Origin: an archaeon
GTDB taxonomy: Archaea > EX4484-52 > WAPT01
Length of the DNA stretch: 64,000 bases
Assembly (NCBI GenBank): GCA_029258795.1
Contig: JAPDKB010000008.1
Span: forward strand, 80,043-144,042
Reading direction: 5' to 3'
The stretch's first letter is position 1, and each line of letters begins with the position of its first letter. Under the pieces are notes generated by a model that had not been told where the DNA came from, did not search any database, and was given only the letters and a program-made list of their open reading frames with translations. Made by a program: the position numbers and the translations under genes. This document shows positions 37,736-47,211 of the stretch, in pieces.

Positions 37736-38600
37736 AAACCCTCACCAAAATGACCATTGCTACTAATATTGTCAGGAGTGCATATATTTTTAGCGTGTTC
37801 TTTATCCTCGTTCTTGCGAGAGATGCCCTCACTGCAGAAAGGAAAAGAACAATTGCTATGGATGCGAGTAAAAATTGAAGAAAGGGGAGGGGTCCGTTGA
37901 GATATAGTAAGATGAAGAGAGATATGAGAGTGTAGAGCTTCAGATAGGTCACCATCTCCGTAATTGCGTAAGGCACAGAGGAGAATTCTGTTGCGTATCC
38001 AGTCACTATCTCCTGATGCGCGTTAGGAATGTTGAAGGGCTGAAGGTTGAGCTGTGGAAGGATGGTGAGGAGGTACACCACACCCAAAAACGGAAACACA
38101 GTGATCAGATTTTCGTTGATAGCTAAAGGAATGGTCATATCCCTTGCCACATAATATGCTGGCCAGAGTGTTGTAAGGAGAAACGCCCCTTCAAAAGACA
38201 GGAATTGTACAAGAGCCCGCATCCCTCCTATCTCGCTGAACGCGCTAAAGCTACCCAACCCCGCAAAGGTAACGAAAAGGTAAGCTGCAGAGAGGAGCAG
38301 CACAACAAGTATGATATTTGTTTGTGCGGAATAAATGCTGTTTTTGAAGGGCACCACCATCAAACATGCAAGCGCTGCTGACAATAAAGCAAAACTCAGC
38401 CAGATTTCGTGGTTTGATGCCCTGTAGGACAGGTTTTCCTTTCCCATCAGCTTTATCAGGTCATATAACGGCTGGAGGAGTGGTGGGCCCTTTCGATTCT
38501 GCATCCTCGCAACGAGCTTTCTGTGCAGTCCAAACAAAAACGTGCTGTACAATAAGGCAAAGAGCAGGTAAAGTAAAGCGCTTGCAACCTCAGCGAGCAT
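37728..38600 (-). CDS. mbhM: Membrane subunit (MbhM/NuoH-like)
   Basis: RKLVARMQNRKGPP..QP.YD..KL and PFNIPNAHQEIVTG..TE. Confidence 0.9.
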   Translation of the reverse strand: MLAEVASALLYLLFALLYSTFLFGLHRKLVARMQNRKGPPLLQPLYDLIKLMGKENLSYRASNHEIWLSFALLSAALACLMVVPFKNSIYSAQTNIILVVLLLSAAYLFVTFAGLGSFSAFSEIGGMRALVQFLSFEGAFLLTTLWPAYYVARDMTIPLAINENLITVFPFLGVVYLLTILPQLNLQPFNIPNAHQEIVTGYATEFSSVPYAITEMVTYLKLYTLISLFILLYLNGPLPFLQFLLASIAIVLFLSAVRASLARTRIKNTLKIYALLTILVAMVILVRVYV

Positions 38601-40227
38601 CCTTACTCAACCTCCTGAGATCATCCATGGTCAGCACATCCTTGCTATCACGCCTGACATCAACAACCATCACTCTCTCGCAGCACGAAAAGCAGGGATC
38701 TATGGAAGCTATTATTACGGGCACGTCCGCAAGGTGCTGGTTTTTAAGCATGAAGGACAACAACTGAAAGTTTGTAAGGGTGGGGGTTCTCACCTTTATC
38801 CTGTGGGGTTTATCAGTACCATTACCCTTAATGTAGTAGAAGAGCTCACCTCTCGGAGCCTCCGTCCTGTTTGTCTGCTCCACATCCTCCAAGCGGAAGG
38901 CGGGGAGGGGTTTTTCCTTTATCTTTCCCTCCGGCATGCTGGATGCTGCTTCCTCAATTATCCTTGTGCTCTCCACAATCTCCTTTATTCTCACAAGAGT
39001 TGAGGAAAGCACATCACAACCTTTCTCAACAACAACACTCCAGCTTATGGAGTCATAAGCGGCATATCCATCGGACCTGACATCAAATTTTATGCCGCAT
39101 GCTCTCATGTTGGGTCCTGTCGCAAATCTTTCCGCAACCAGTTTGCTTATCTTTCCCACATTCTCCATTCTGCTCAGCAAGCTTTTGTCCGAGCTGAAAA
39201 TGTTGAGGTAGTGTTCTGCTCTATTTCTTATCTTGCGAGCTGTCTCCCTCAACCTTTTCAACTGCTCTTTGTTCACATCTCTCCTCACACCACCTATCGT
39301 GCTCATTCCGTAATTTATCCTGTTACCGCTTATCTCCTCCAATCTGTCCAGCACCATCTCCCTATCCCTAAAAATGTAATTGAAGAGAGTGTCCTGCCCC
39401 ATCTCGTATGCAAATATGCCCAGCCATAACATGTGGGAGTGGATTCTTTCGAGCTCAAGAACCAATGTTCTTATATATTCTGCTCTCTCCGGAGCTTGAA
39501 TTCCTGCAGCCCTCTCCAGACAAGCAGTATAGCATACGGTGTGGACGCCACTACATATCCCGCATATTCTCTCTATGAGAAATATGTCCTGGAGGTAGTT
39601 CTTCTGTTCCGCAAGTTTCTCTATGCCTCTGTGCACATAGCCCAGATTGATTTTGGCGTTGAGCACAACCTCATCCTCCACTTCCAGAACAAAGTTCTCT
39701 GGCTCGAGCAGTGCTGGATGCTGCGGTCCTATTGGAATCAGGCAGGATGTTCTGGAACTCTTTGAGGTTATGATCTCGTGCTCATCCTTCTTTTCCACCT
39801 TTTTCTCGTGGAAAGGGGATTTCACATCGTGGAGTAGGAGACCTTCCTTTTCTTTGGATGTTCTTGTGTCCACCATCCTTATTCCAAACATCTCAGCAAA
39901 CTCTCTCTCAAAAGCATCAGCTTCCGGAAAATAATTTGTTATTGAGTTCATGCTTTCCGGCTTTTCCTCCATCCTGCATTTCAGCGTCAGTATGCAGTAG
40001 GGATTTGAGAAGTGGTAGAGAAGGATAAAGCTTCCATCATTCTCAAAATATCCGTTTACAGCCACAGCCCTGAACTCATCCTCTCTTCCCGCAAGCGTTT
40101 TTATCATCCTTTCCATCTTCTCCGGCTTGACCTCCACGATCATGTCCCTCCCATCGTCTTTCAGCACTGAGCCATTTCTCTTCAACCATCTTAACAATGC
40201 CTGTTTGTTAAACGTCCTGAGCTTCAT
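38590..40227 (-). CDS. Group 4 [NiFe] hydrogenase large subunit with fused NuoC-like domain (MbhK-MbhL)
   Basis: FEREFAEMFGI (NuoC-like), GPQHP, GYVHRGIEK, ERICGICS, EAPRGE and DPCFSC; both Ni-binding CxxC motifs present. Confidence 0.92.
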   Translation of the reverse strand: MKLRTFNKQALLRWLKRNGSVLKDDGRDMIVEVKPEKMERMIKTLAGREDEFRAVAVNGYFENDGSFILLYHFSNPYCILTLKCRMEEKPESMNSITNYFPEADAFEREFAEMFGIRMVDTRTSKEKEGLLLHDVKSPFHEKKVEKKDEHEIITSKSSRTSCLIPIGPQHPALLEPENFVLEVEDEVVLNAKINLGYVHRGIEKLAEQKNYLQDIFLIERICGICSGVHTVCYTACLERAAGIQAPERAEYIRTLVLELERIHSHMLWLGIFAYEMGQDTLFNYIFRDREMVLDRLEEISGNRINYGMSTIGGVRRDVNKEQLKRLRETARKIRNRAEHYLNIFSSDKSLLSRMENVGKISKLVAERFATGPNMRACGIKFDVRSDGYAAYDSISWSVVVEKGCDVLSSTLVRIKEIVESTRIIEEAASSMPEGKIKEKPLPAFRLEDVEQTNRTEAPRGELFYYIKGNGTDKPHRIKVRTPTLTNFQLLSFMLKNQHLADVPVIIASIDPCFSCCERVMVVDVRRDSKDVLTMDDLRRLSKDAR

Positions 40228-40228
40228 A

Positions 40229-40906
40229 TCAACACCCTTTTATTATCGTGCCGACAGGATGATTATCCACAACCCTCAAGAGATTGTTAACGTCCTTTCC
40301 GTTGAATATGATTAGAGGGATGTTGTGTTTTTCCAGCAAATCTATGGCTGAAAGGTCGAAAAGTGCGTATTTGCCTGGGGATTGCTCCTCCTTGCTAAGT
40401 ATTTTCCTCATCTCATCGTAAGTTGCCTCTCGCAGAAGCTCAGCACCCTCTTCCTCTGGATTTTTTGTGTACAGTCCATCAACCTTGGTCGCGTTGAGCA
40501 CGACATCAGCATCAAGCATGGTTGCAATGTCTGCAGCCACCTTATCTGTGCTCTGCCCGGGCTTCATACCACCACATACCACAAACCCCGTCTGTTTTGC
40601 CGCTTCCACGACCTCCTCACAGCTTTCAGGCACTCTTGAACTCAAGTTCAGCAGCATGGAAAGCAGGAGAGCGTTCACTCTCGTTACCGCTATCCCCATT
40701 ATATCCTGTTTTTCCTCATCAAGCCCGCAGTTCCTTGCCATTTCTATGTAATCTCTCGCATAACTCCCGCCTCCAGCCACCGCAACAAGCACCTCCACCT
40801 TATTTTTCAGGGTGGAAAGCGCTTCAGCATATTTTTTGAACATGCTTCCATCCTTTTCCATCAACAAAAGTCCACCGCTTATCGACACCACCACTCTCCC
40901 CCACAT
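40229..40906 (-). CDS. pyrH: Uridylate kinase
   Basis: VAGGG..ARDYI, GI..TR.NA, GGMKPGQSTD and VDGLYTKNP; GGTGA RBS before the ATG at 40906. Confidence 0.92.
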   Translation of the reverse strand: MWGRVVVSISGGLLLMEKDGSMFKKYAEALSTLKNKVEVLVAVAGGGSYARDYIEMARNCGLDEEKQDIMGIAVTRVNALLLSMLLNLSSRVPESCEEVVEAAKQTGFVVCGGMKPGQSTDKVAADIATMLDADVVLNATKVDGLYTKNPEEEGAELLREATYDEMRKILSKEEQSPGKYALFDLSAIDLLEKHNIPLIIFNGKDVNNLLRVVDNHPVGTIIKGC

Positions 40907-40911
40907 CCCTA

Positions 40912-41394
40912 TCACCTGCAGCTTGCATCCCTCATTTTCAATCCATCCTTGTTTGTTTCGAAACGCTTTATCCATATTTCGATGGTTTTCATCAATCCGT
41001 CTATTATCGCTTCTGGTTTTGGGGGGCATCCATGAACATAAACATCAACGGGGATGTGCTTGTGCACTGGCCCAACGATGTTGTAAGATCCATTGAACAC
41101 GCCGCAGCTTGTGGTGCAGGTGCCCACCGCAAGCACCGCTTTTGGATGGGGCATCTGGTCATAAATTCTTTTGAGGCGTGGCGCTATCTTTCTGTTCACA
41201 GCACCAGTTACAACCAGTATGTCTCCCTGCCTCGGATTGCCCTTCTCCAGCACACCAAATCTCTCAACATCGTATTTTGCGGAGAGTAGGGTGAATATTT
41301 CCACATCACATCCATTACACCCACCAGTATCAAGATGTATTATCCATGGCGATTTCTTTGCGGCTTTCATCACAATCTTGGCAACGAAATCCAT
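40912..41394 (-). CDS. mbhJ: Hydrogenase small subunit (MbhJ/NuoB-like)
   Basis: GGCNGCDVE, NPRQGD, VGTC and GCPPKPEAI. Confidence 0.93.
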   Translation of the reverse strand: MDFVAKIVMKAAKKSPWIIHLDTGGCNGCDVEIFTLLSAKYDVERFGVLEKGNPRQGDILVVTGAVNRKIAPRLKRIYDQMPHPKAVLAVGTCTTSCGVFNGSYNIVGPVHKHIPVDVYVHGCPPKPEAIIDGLMKTIEIWIKRFETNKDGLKMRDASCR

Positions 41395-41678
41395 ACGAGC
41401 ACCACCATCGTTGCAAGGACAAGCAATATGTATATTATCATCCTGTTCATATTTTCGTTTCCAATCCTTCTATTCTTTATCACGCTGATTCTGTATGCTC
41501 GGTTGTGCACCACCAGTCTTTCCGTCTCTCCGCACAGATACATGGAAGATGCGTCCTCCACAAGATTGGCAGGATTCTTCCTTCTCTCCATCAGAAAGAT
41601 TGCCAGAGTAACTATAAATAGACAAATGATTGCCTGCACTCCGATGTTCTCGAGTGGAATAGCAGTTTCATCCATCAT
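41370..41678 (-). CDS. MbhI-like small membrane subunit
   Basis: TM - YLCGE - TM; position between the MrpD-like and small-subunit genes. Confidence 0.65.
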   Translation of the reverse strand: MMDETAIPLENIGVQAIICLFIVTLAIFLMERRKNPANLVEDASSMYLCGETERLVVHNRAYRISVIKNRRIGNENMNRMIIYILLVLATMVVLVWISLPRL

Positions 41679-41685
41679 TCACACA

Positions 41686-43104
41686 TCACCCGTAAACCAT
41701 TAAGGCGTGAGCCATCATTTTTCCTGCGGTGATTAAGGGCTCATACCATATGCCCAGCAGGAACGTGAGCGCGAAAAAAACGAAGACAATGGAGATGTGT
41801 GGGATTTTGTTCTCCACACTCCTTCTGTAATGGAATTCCTTTCTCAGATTGTAAGCGTTGAGGCCGTAAGCTGCTGACGCCAGGATAAGTGTGATGCTCA
41901 GCAAGAATACTGGAATGGATGCTTGCATAAATCCAATGATGGCAAGATACTTTGATATGAATCCTGAGGTTAGGGGTACACCTATACTTGACACCACTCC
42001 TGTGGAAAACAGGAGCTCTATGAGCTCCTTAACTATGCCTCCTCGAAGCACGAGGCTTCCGAAGATGAGCGTTTCGAATATCATCATGTTGAGCTGGTGT
42101 ATCATCGCATATACAATTAGTTCTCCGTTCAGCACTGAAGCTGTGAGAAGCATGAGGGCTAAAGCGGCTTGCGCCACGCTTCCGTATGCAAGTCCTTCCA
42201 TAAGATTTTTTGCGCGGAACGCCATCACAATGACAACCAAACCAGTCACACCTGAAAGAACGGTCAGGAAAGTGGAAAAGATTTTCATGCTCAGGAGATT
42301 TAAATCAACCATCAGTTTGGAAAGCAGGTAGAAAGAAATTGTGGGCGATAATGCTCCAAGGAAAAATGCAAAGGGCACGTTGGTTGTGCGCATGAGCTTT
42401 GTCTTCCACAGGTAGAATGGAAACACTGCCAGCTTGAAAATCATTGCAAGTATGACCATGGCTGATGCGAACAGTGCTGTGGGAAGCGGGTGGGTGGAAG
42501 CGATTCTTATTTCTTGGAGGTTGAGCGTGCCGTAAGCAGTATAGATAATGAACACGCCAAGAAGGAAGAAGGTTGATGCTAAGGAAGAGGAGAAAGCGTA
42601 ATACAAAGCCGATCTGTATCTACCGCGCTCTTTGGAAATCGCTGCAAGTCCGTATGATGCTATGCTCATCACTTCCATGTAAACGAATAGGTTGAACAGG
42701 TCGTTAGTGTGGAGCATGCCAAAGACGCCTATGAAGAGGAGAATGAACAGCACATGCGCCAAATGAGTTATCCTCTCGGTTTTTAAGCTCAGAAAAACGA
42801 TCAGCATGGAAATCGCTGCGAAAAGCAGCAATATGGAGTTGTAGAAATTAACCGCAACCTCAATACCATAAGGAGGGGGCCACCCACCCACGCTGAGCTC
42901 TAGTAGGGGGGAGCTACCAACAATCTCCAGAAATGTGTATGCCACAAGAACAACAACAATCACTGGCACCACTAGATTCAGATTCTCTATCCAGCTGGAC
43001 TTTTTCCTGGCTATCAGGATGAGATTGAGGATTAGGAAGAGCACAAGTACTGCCATCGTTCCAAAACTCGTGATTTCAAAGCTGCTTGCCCCAAATATTA
43101 TCAT
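41686..43104 (-). CDS. mbhH: MrpD/MbhH antiporter-like subunit
   Basis: GGWPPPYGI, DLFNLFVYME, KLAVFPF.LW and GVPLTSGFISK. Confidence 0.9.
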   Translation of the reverse strand: MIIFGASSFEITSFGTMAVLVLFLILNLILIARKKSSWIENLNLVVPVIVVVLVAYTFLEIVGSSPLLELSVGGWPPPYGIEVAVNFYNSILLLFAAISMLIVFLSLKTERITHLAHVLFILLFIGVFGMLHTNDLFNLFVYMEVMSIASYGLAAISKERGRYRSALYYAFSSSLASTFFLLGVFIIYTAYGTLNLQEIRIASTHPLPTALFASAMVILAMIFKLAVFPFYLWKTKLMRTTNVPFAFFLGALSPTISFYLLSKLMVDLNLLSMKIFSTFLTVLSGVTGLVVIVMAFRAKNLMEGLAYGSVAQAALALMLLTASVLNGELIVYAMIHQLNMMIFETLIFGSLVLRGGIVKELIELLFSTGVVSSIGVPLTSGFISKYLAIIGFMQASIPVFLLSITLILASAAYGLNAYNLRKEFHYRRSVENKIPHISIVFVFFALTFLLGIWYEPLITAGKMMAHALMVYG

Positions 43105-43418
43105 CTTTCACCACACTCTACCTTTCTTATGAATAATGCTAACAACACGGCAGTTATGGAAACGTCTATCACGATGGAAGTGAGTATGAGCGCCTGAGGT
43201 AAAGGGTCAACACTCATCTTTGCAAATGTATCGACGGCTGAAGCACTTGACAAAATCGGCGGGAGGGATGATGGGGAGAAGCCCGCGCTCGCCAGAAAAA
43301 CATGCGTTCCATTCACCATGATGTTCAGACCCATCACTTTCTTTATCATGCTTTTCTCCACCACCACAACAACCATTCCTGTTGTGAAGAGCAACATGGC
43401 GAGTGTGTGTTCAATCAT
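43101..43418 (-). CDS. mbhG: MrpC/MbhG subunit
   Basis: DPLPQALILTSIVI. Confidence 0.9.
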   Translation of the reverse strand: MIEHTLAMLLFTTGMVVVVVEKSMIKKVMGLNIMVNGTHVFLASAGFSPSSLPPILSSASAVDTFAKMSVDPLPQALILTSIVIDVSITAVLLALFIRKVECGER

Positions 43419-43804
43419 CTCACATACCTCCATAGGATTATAACAAGGGCTGTTGTGACCATCATACTTCCTGCAAAGTTCATGAGGAGTGTGTATTCCC
43501 CGCTCCAGAACGACATGATGTGTTGTGATTGGAGTATTTTCGCTCTGAAAGTTGCGCCAATCAGTAAAATAAGCAGGATCACAAAACCTCCGAAAGTTTC
43601 GAGGAATGAAAACTCCTTCTCCACAAATATTTCCCTTGCAACATTTTCTCTCATCGTGAGAAAAACCAGCAAAAACGCCGATGCCATGATGACTCCTCCA
43701 GCAAATCCCCCTCCAGGAGATAGGTGGCCGTGCAGCGCTACAGCCAGCCCTACCATCATGATTATGGGAAACATTATTCTTGTGGATGCTCTGGCTATTT
43801 CATC
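43415..43804 (-). CDS. mbhF: MrpB/MbhF subunit
   Basis: HGHLSPGGGFAGG. Confidence 0.9.
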   Translation of the reverse strand, partial: DEIARASTRIMFPIIMMVGLAVALHGHLSPGGGFAGGVIMASAFLLVFLTMRENVAREIFVEKEFSFLETFGGFVILLILLIGATFRAKILQSQHIMSFWSGEYTLLMNFAGSMMVTTALVIILWRYVR

Positions 43805-44093
43805 CATTTTCAACCACCTTTTTCCCTCTGTGCCTTTCTCTATAAAGCAAAGCAAGGACTGAGATGGATGCTGCTATCAGCACGAGCTCTTCTCCAAGTG
43901 TATCATAGCCCCTGAACTCCCAGACTATCGCATTCACGGCATTAGCGGAAGTTAGAAGGTTTATGCTTTTCTCAGCATAAAATCTTGCAACATTTCCATA
44001 CATCGTGGTTGTTGTGCTCATACCTATGAGTATTAGAATGCATGAGATAATGATCAGAGAGGCTGTTGCTGCAATCATCTCCACCTTATTCAT
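43800..44093 (-). CDS. mbhE: MbhE subunit
   Basis: NAVNAIVWEFRGYDTLGE. Confidence 0.9.
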   Translation of the reverse strand: MNKVEMIAATASLIIISCILILIGMSTTTTMYGNVARFYAEKSINLLTSANAVNAIVWEFRGYDTLGEELVLIAASISVLALLYRERHRGKKVVENG

Positions 44094-44325
44094 ACCTCTC
44101 ACCGCTCCTCTTTATGGCATAGACAAAGATGGCCGTGGATGCAGCGGCATTTACACTTGCCTGCGTTATTGCAAGATCCGGAGCGTTTACCAGATAAAAA
44201 TACAGCGCAACAACGAAGTTCATCACTCCAAGCACTATCGCTGCTTTCAGCATATCCTTTAGCATTAGGACTCTTACGGACAGTATTATGCATATAGTCA
44301 ATAGCAACACGTGAATGAATGACAT
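44086..44325 (-). CDS. mbhD: MbhD (DUF4040) subunit
   Basis: APDLAITQA. Confidence 0.88.
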   Translation of the reverse strand: MSFIHVLLLTICIILSVRVLMLKDMLKAAIVLGVMNFVVALYFYLVNAPDLAITQASVNAAASTAIFVYAIKRSGERYE

Positions 44326-44328
44326 GGG

Positions 44329-44628
44329 TCATCTCCTCTTCCCTTTACCTTCAACAACGTGTATTCGGTAGTGGCATCTTGCTATGAAGTGTGAGGAAAC
44401 CGGAACGGTAAGGAAAGTCAGGAGCAGGAGGAACAGCGTTTTCACCCTGAGCTCGTGGGATGGCGCGTAAATGGAAAATAGCAGCAGGCTGAGCATGACA
44501 CCCCCCACATATATCATGGTTGCGGACTGCATCTTCATCATGAAGCTTCTGAATCTGATCACGCCTACTGTGCCCAGCAGCATGGAGATGGATGGGACGA
44601 GGAAAAGGATGTCATACATGGCCACCAT
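44329..44628 (-). CDS. mbhC: MrpG/MbhC subunit
   Basis: G..GVIRF, PVSSHFIAR and operon position. Confidence 0.85.
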   Translation of the reverse strand: MVAMYDILFLVPSISMLLGTVGVIRFRSFMMKMQSATMIYVGGVMLSLLLFSIYAPSHELRVKTLFLLLLTFLTVPVSSHFIARCHYRIHVVEGKGKRR

Positions 44629-44635
44629 CTATTCG

Positions 44636-44884
44636 TCACCCCCTAACGACGTATTTTGTTATGGCTATCGTGCCGATGAATGAAAGCAAAATCATGACTA
44701 TACTTATGTCAAGATAGTATGCTGTTTCCCTCGAAAAAGCCATTATCACCAAATAGATGGAGATCAGTGCTACTGTAAGATCAGTGTACATCATCAGCTC
44801 GTAAAGTTTTCTCGAGGTTAGCAGCTTCACAAACACCATTATACTGGTTAACAGGAGCACGTAAGTGTAAAGCATGGTCACCAC
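44636..44884 (-). CDS. mbhB: MrpF/MbhB subunit
   Basis: YLDISI..LLSFIGTIAITKY. Confidence 0.85.
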   Translation of the reverse strand: MVTMLYTYVLLLTSIMVFVKLLTSRKLYELMMYTDLTVALISIYLVIMAFSRETAYYLDISIVMILLSFIGTIAITKYVVRG

Positions 44885-45333
44885 CTCAACGCATCAACGT
44901 ATTTTTTTCCAACCTGCTTCTTGAGTTCTGGAGATGCAACATGCACGATAGCACTATCATCATCGCACCTTACAACTATAGTCCCGGGTGTTAGAGTTAT
45001 CCCGTTGTAAACGAGGAGGTTGACAAGCTCATGATGAGTTGGTCGTTTAATTTTGATGAAACTCTCTTTTTCCTCCCCTCTCAGGATTATCAGTGTCATG
45101 CGAGCATGAGCTTTGATTTCTTCCAAAACAAGCCGTACCGAGTACCTTATAAAAGCCACAACACCCTGAAGAACTTTCAGCTCCTCCTTTCTCGGGAACG
45201 TGAAACGTGCCGACATGAAAGTCACTGCTATGGAAGCTCCGACACCAACCACCAGCTCGTCAGGGCTTGTTGCGCCTGTGAACATTATCCAGCATCCTAT
45301 AAGGATGAGGAACACCACAAAATATCTCTTCAT
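44878..45333 (-). CDS. mbhA: MrpE/MbhA subunit
   Basis: NGITLTPGT and IVH. Confidence 0.88.
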   Translation of the reverse strand: MKRYFVVFLILIGCWIMFTGATSPDELVVGVGASIAVTFMSARFTFPRKEELKVLQGVVAFIRYSVRLVLEEIKAHARMTLIILRGEEKESFIKIKRPTHHELVNLLVYNGITLTPGTIVVRCDDDSAIVHVASPELKKQVGKKYVDALRW

Positions 45334-45421
45334 GCTGATATTTTTGTTTCATCCATGATATATAGTTTTGGGTGGACGGTTTCGAAATCTTTATATAGTG
45401 GCGTGAGAAAAAATTAACTTC

Positions 45422-45736
45422 ATGCCCGAGTTCATATTTAGATTACCTGATGGGAAGGAAGTCGGGAGAGCGAAAAACTTGCGGGAATTTTTGAAAAAGC
45501 TCAAAGAAGTCCCCCTTGAGAGTTTGGAGTATCACTTCTACAACAAACACTTTGCACCGTGGTTGAAGGATAATGGACATGGGAAGCTGGTTGCAAGGAT
45601 GAATCTTGTGAAGGTTAAAAGCAGGGAGGAGCTGCGCGACAAGCTCGTTGCGTGCGTTAAAGCGTATATGGATTCAACATCCAAATCAAGGAAAGGAAAG
45701 AGCGGGAGGGGCAGGAAAAATGCTAAAAGGCGTTAA
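45422..45736 (+). CDS. DUF5752-like small protein
   Basis: F.F..G..A.NL.EF...L..VP.ESLEYH...HFAPWL pattern; basic tail. Confidence 0.7.
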   Translation: MPEFIFRLPDGKEVGRAKNLREFLKKLKEVPLESLEYHFYNKHFAPWLKDNGHGKLVARMNLVKVKSREELRDKLVACVKAYMDSTSKSRKGKSGRGRKNAKRR

Positions 45737-46355
45737 GGTTGGATTTGTTATCCTTGCTTTTGCTGTTCTTCTCACGCTCCATTTCTATACTTTTCTGCCC
45801 GGAAGGATAGCGATACACTGGAACGCTGAAGGAGTGCCGGATGGTTATGCATCAAAAGAAGCAGGACTTATGCTCATTCCACTAATTCTTCTCATGGTCC
45901 TGCTTCTCTTCGAGGCGATACCCAGAATAGACCCGCTTTCAAAGAACATAAAGAAGTTCATGAATTTTTATGATGGGTTCGTGATAGCTTTTGCCATATT
46001 CATGGCTTTTGTGCAGGTGCTCCTCTTGCTTTACAATGCGGGGTATGCTTTCAACATGGGCTCACTGATTATTGGAGCGTTGGGCATTTTCCTCGTTTAC
46101 ATCGGAATCGTGCTACCTCACCTCAGAAGAAACTGGTTTATCGGGATAAGGACTCCGTGGACTCTTAGCAGCGAGGCAGTTTGGGAGAAAACTCACAAAT
46201 TGGGCGGGAAGCTGTTCATCTGTGCGGGCATCATCTCCTTGCTTTTCAGTGTGTTTTTCAGCAAGGCCGTTGTTGTGCTTGTCATTCTTCTGATAGCCAT
46301 CAGCGTTATTCTCATCACGTATTCTTACCTGCTCTGGAGGAAGGAAAGGAAGTGA
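45720..46355 (+). CDS. SdpI/DUF1648-family membrane immunity-like protein
   Basis: IAIHWN..G.PDG, RNWFIGIRTPWTL and WEKTHKLGG. Confidence 0.88.
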   Translation: MLKGVKVGFVILAFAVLLTLHFYTFLPGRIAIHWNAEGVPDGYASKEAGLMLIPLILLMVLLLFEAIPRIDPLSKNIKKFMNFYDGFVIAFAIFMAFVQVLLLLYNAGYAFNMGSLIIGALGIFLVYIGIVLPHLRRNWFIGIRTPWTLSSEAVWEKTHKLGGKLFICAGIISLLFSVFFSKAVVVLVILLIAISVILITYSYLLWRKERK

Positions 46356-46833
46356 GCTCTTCCGAGCTGACCACCCTTCTGAAATTCTCTGGATGCCAGG
46401 AGTTGGGATAGTCAACCCATCTCGCATGATTCTGCTCCACAAGCAATCGATTCACGTTGAGAAAATGAGTCCTGTTCGCTTTCACGTAAAGAATGGCAAT
46501 AACCCTTCCGTACCCGTCATAGGTGCTTTTTTCGTCCACATCCAGATACACGGTGGTGTGATTTGAGAGCAATCTTTCCAGAAATTCCTTGGCCTCCTTG
46601 CCTCCTTCCTCTTCCAGCTCAAACGCATCTATGTCAGCAAGCCGCACCTTAAAACTCTGGTTTTCCTTGAAGCCAGCAGTACTTTTAACCCAGAGAGTAT
46701 CGCCGTCCACCACCCTTTCAACGACACAGATAGCGTTGATTTCGGGAGAGGGCGTGCTACCATTCTGAACGCAGAAGAGATTGAGCAATATCGCAATCAG
46801 CAAAAAGAATGGTATTTTGGTTCGCATCTCCAT
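46315..46833 (-). CDS. Secreted thermonuclease (SNase-like)
   Basis: Signal/anchor, VVDGDT, VRLADIDAFE, DGYGR and VN..LV...A. Confidence 0.88.
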   Translation of the reverse strand: MEMRTKIPFFLLIAILLNLFCVQNGSTPSPEINAICVVERVVDGDTLWVKSTAGFKENQSFKVRLADIDAFELEEEGGKEAKEFLERLLSNHTTVYLDVDEKSTYDGYGRVIAILYVKANRTHFLNVNRLLVEQNHARWVDYPNSWHPENFRRVVSSEELTSFPSSRAGKNT

Positions 46834-46887
46834 ATTCCATACTGAAAGATGATTATGAATTTAAATTTAGGGTGAAATTATAGGTTT

Positions 46888-47211
46888 ATGAGAAGCAACG
46901 GGTATCTGAAAAAAGTTGAAGAGAGTATAAGAAACTCTGAGGCGTACAGAGAGCTGATCGATGAGGCGGGTGGATTGAGTAAGAGGTATGTTGAGAAACA
47001 GCTCGATAGATTTCTGAGAATTATCAGAATTGGGCTGGATGAGAACGTGATGGAAATCAGCAGGAGAGAGCTTGATGAGCTCATTGATGCCGGGAAGATG
47101 GGAGATGTGTTCAGAATGTACGTGGATAACGGCATTTATGGTGGTGATCTGACCTCACCACAAACAACCTACAGGATCATTAAAAGATGCATGGAGAAGG
47201 CGAAGCTATAA
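46888..47211 (+). CDS. Hypothetical protein
   Basis: 107-aa ORF, TTTAAA about 25 nt upstream (leaderless). Confidence 0.6.
   Translation: MRSNGYLKKVEESIRNSEAYRELIDEAGGLSKRYVEKQLDRFLRIIRIGLDENVMEISRRELDELIDAGKMGDVFRMYVDNGIYGGDLTSPQTTYRIIKRCMEKAKL

Noticed and set aside
40907-41029. N-terminal extension of PyrH given in the ORF track
   Set aside because: It overlaps mbhJ in another frame, and a GGTGA RBS precedes the ATG at 40906.
38590-41394. Interpretation as Mbs/Mbx or complex I instead of a hydrogenase
   Set aside because: All four Ni-ligating Cys are present, and hypA plus a maturation protease are adjacent.
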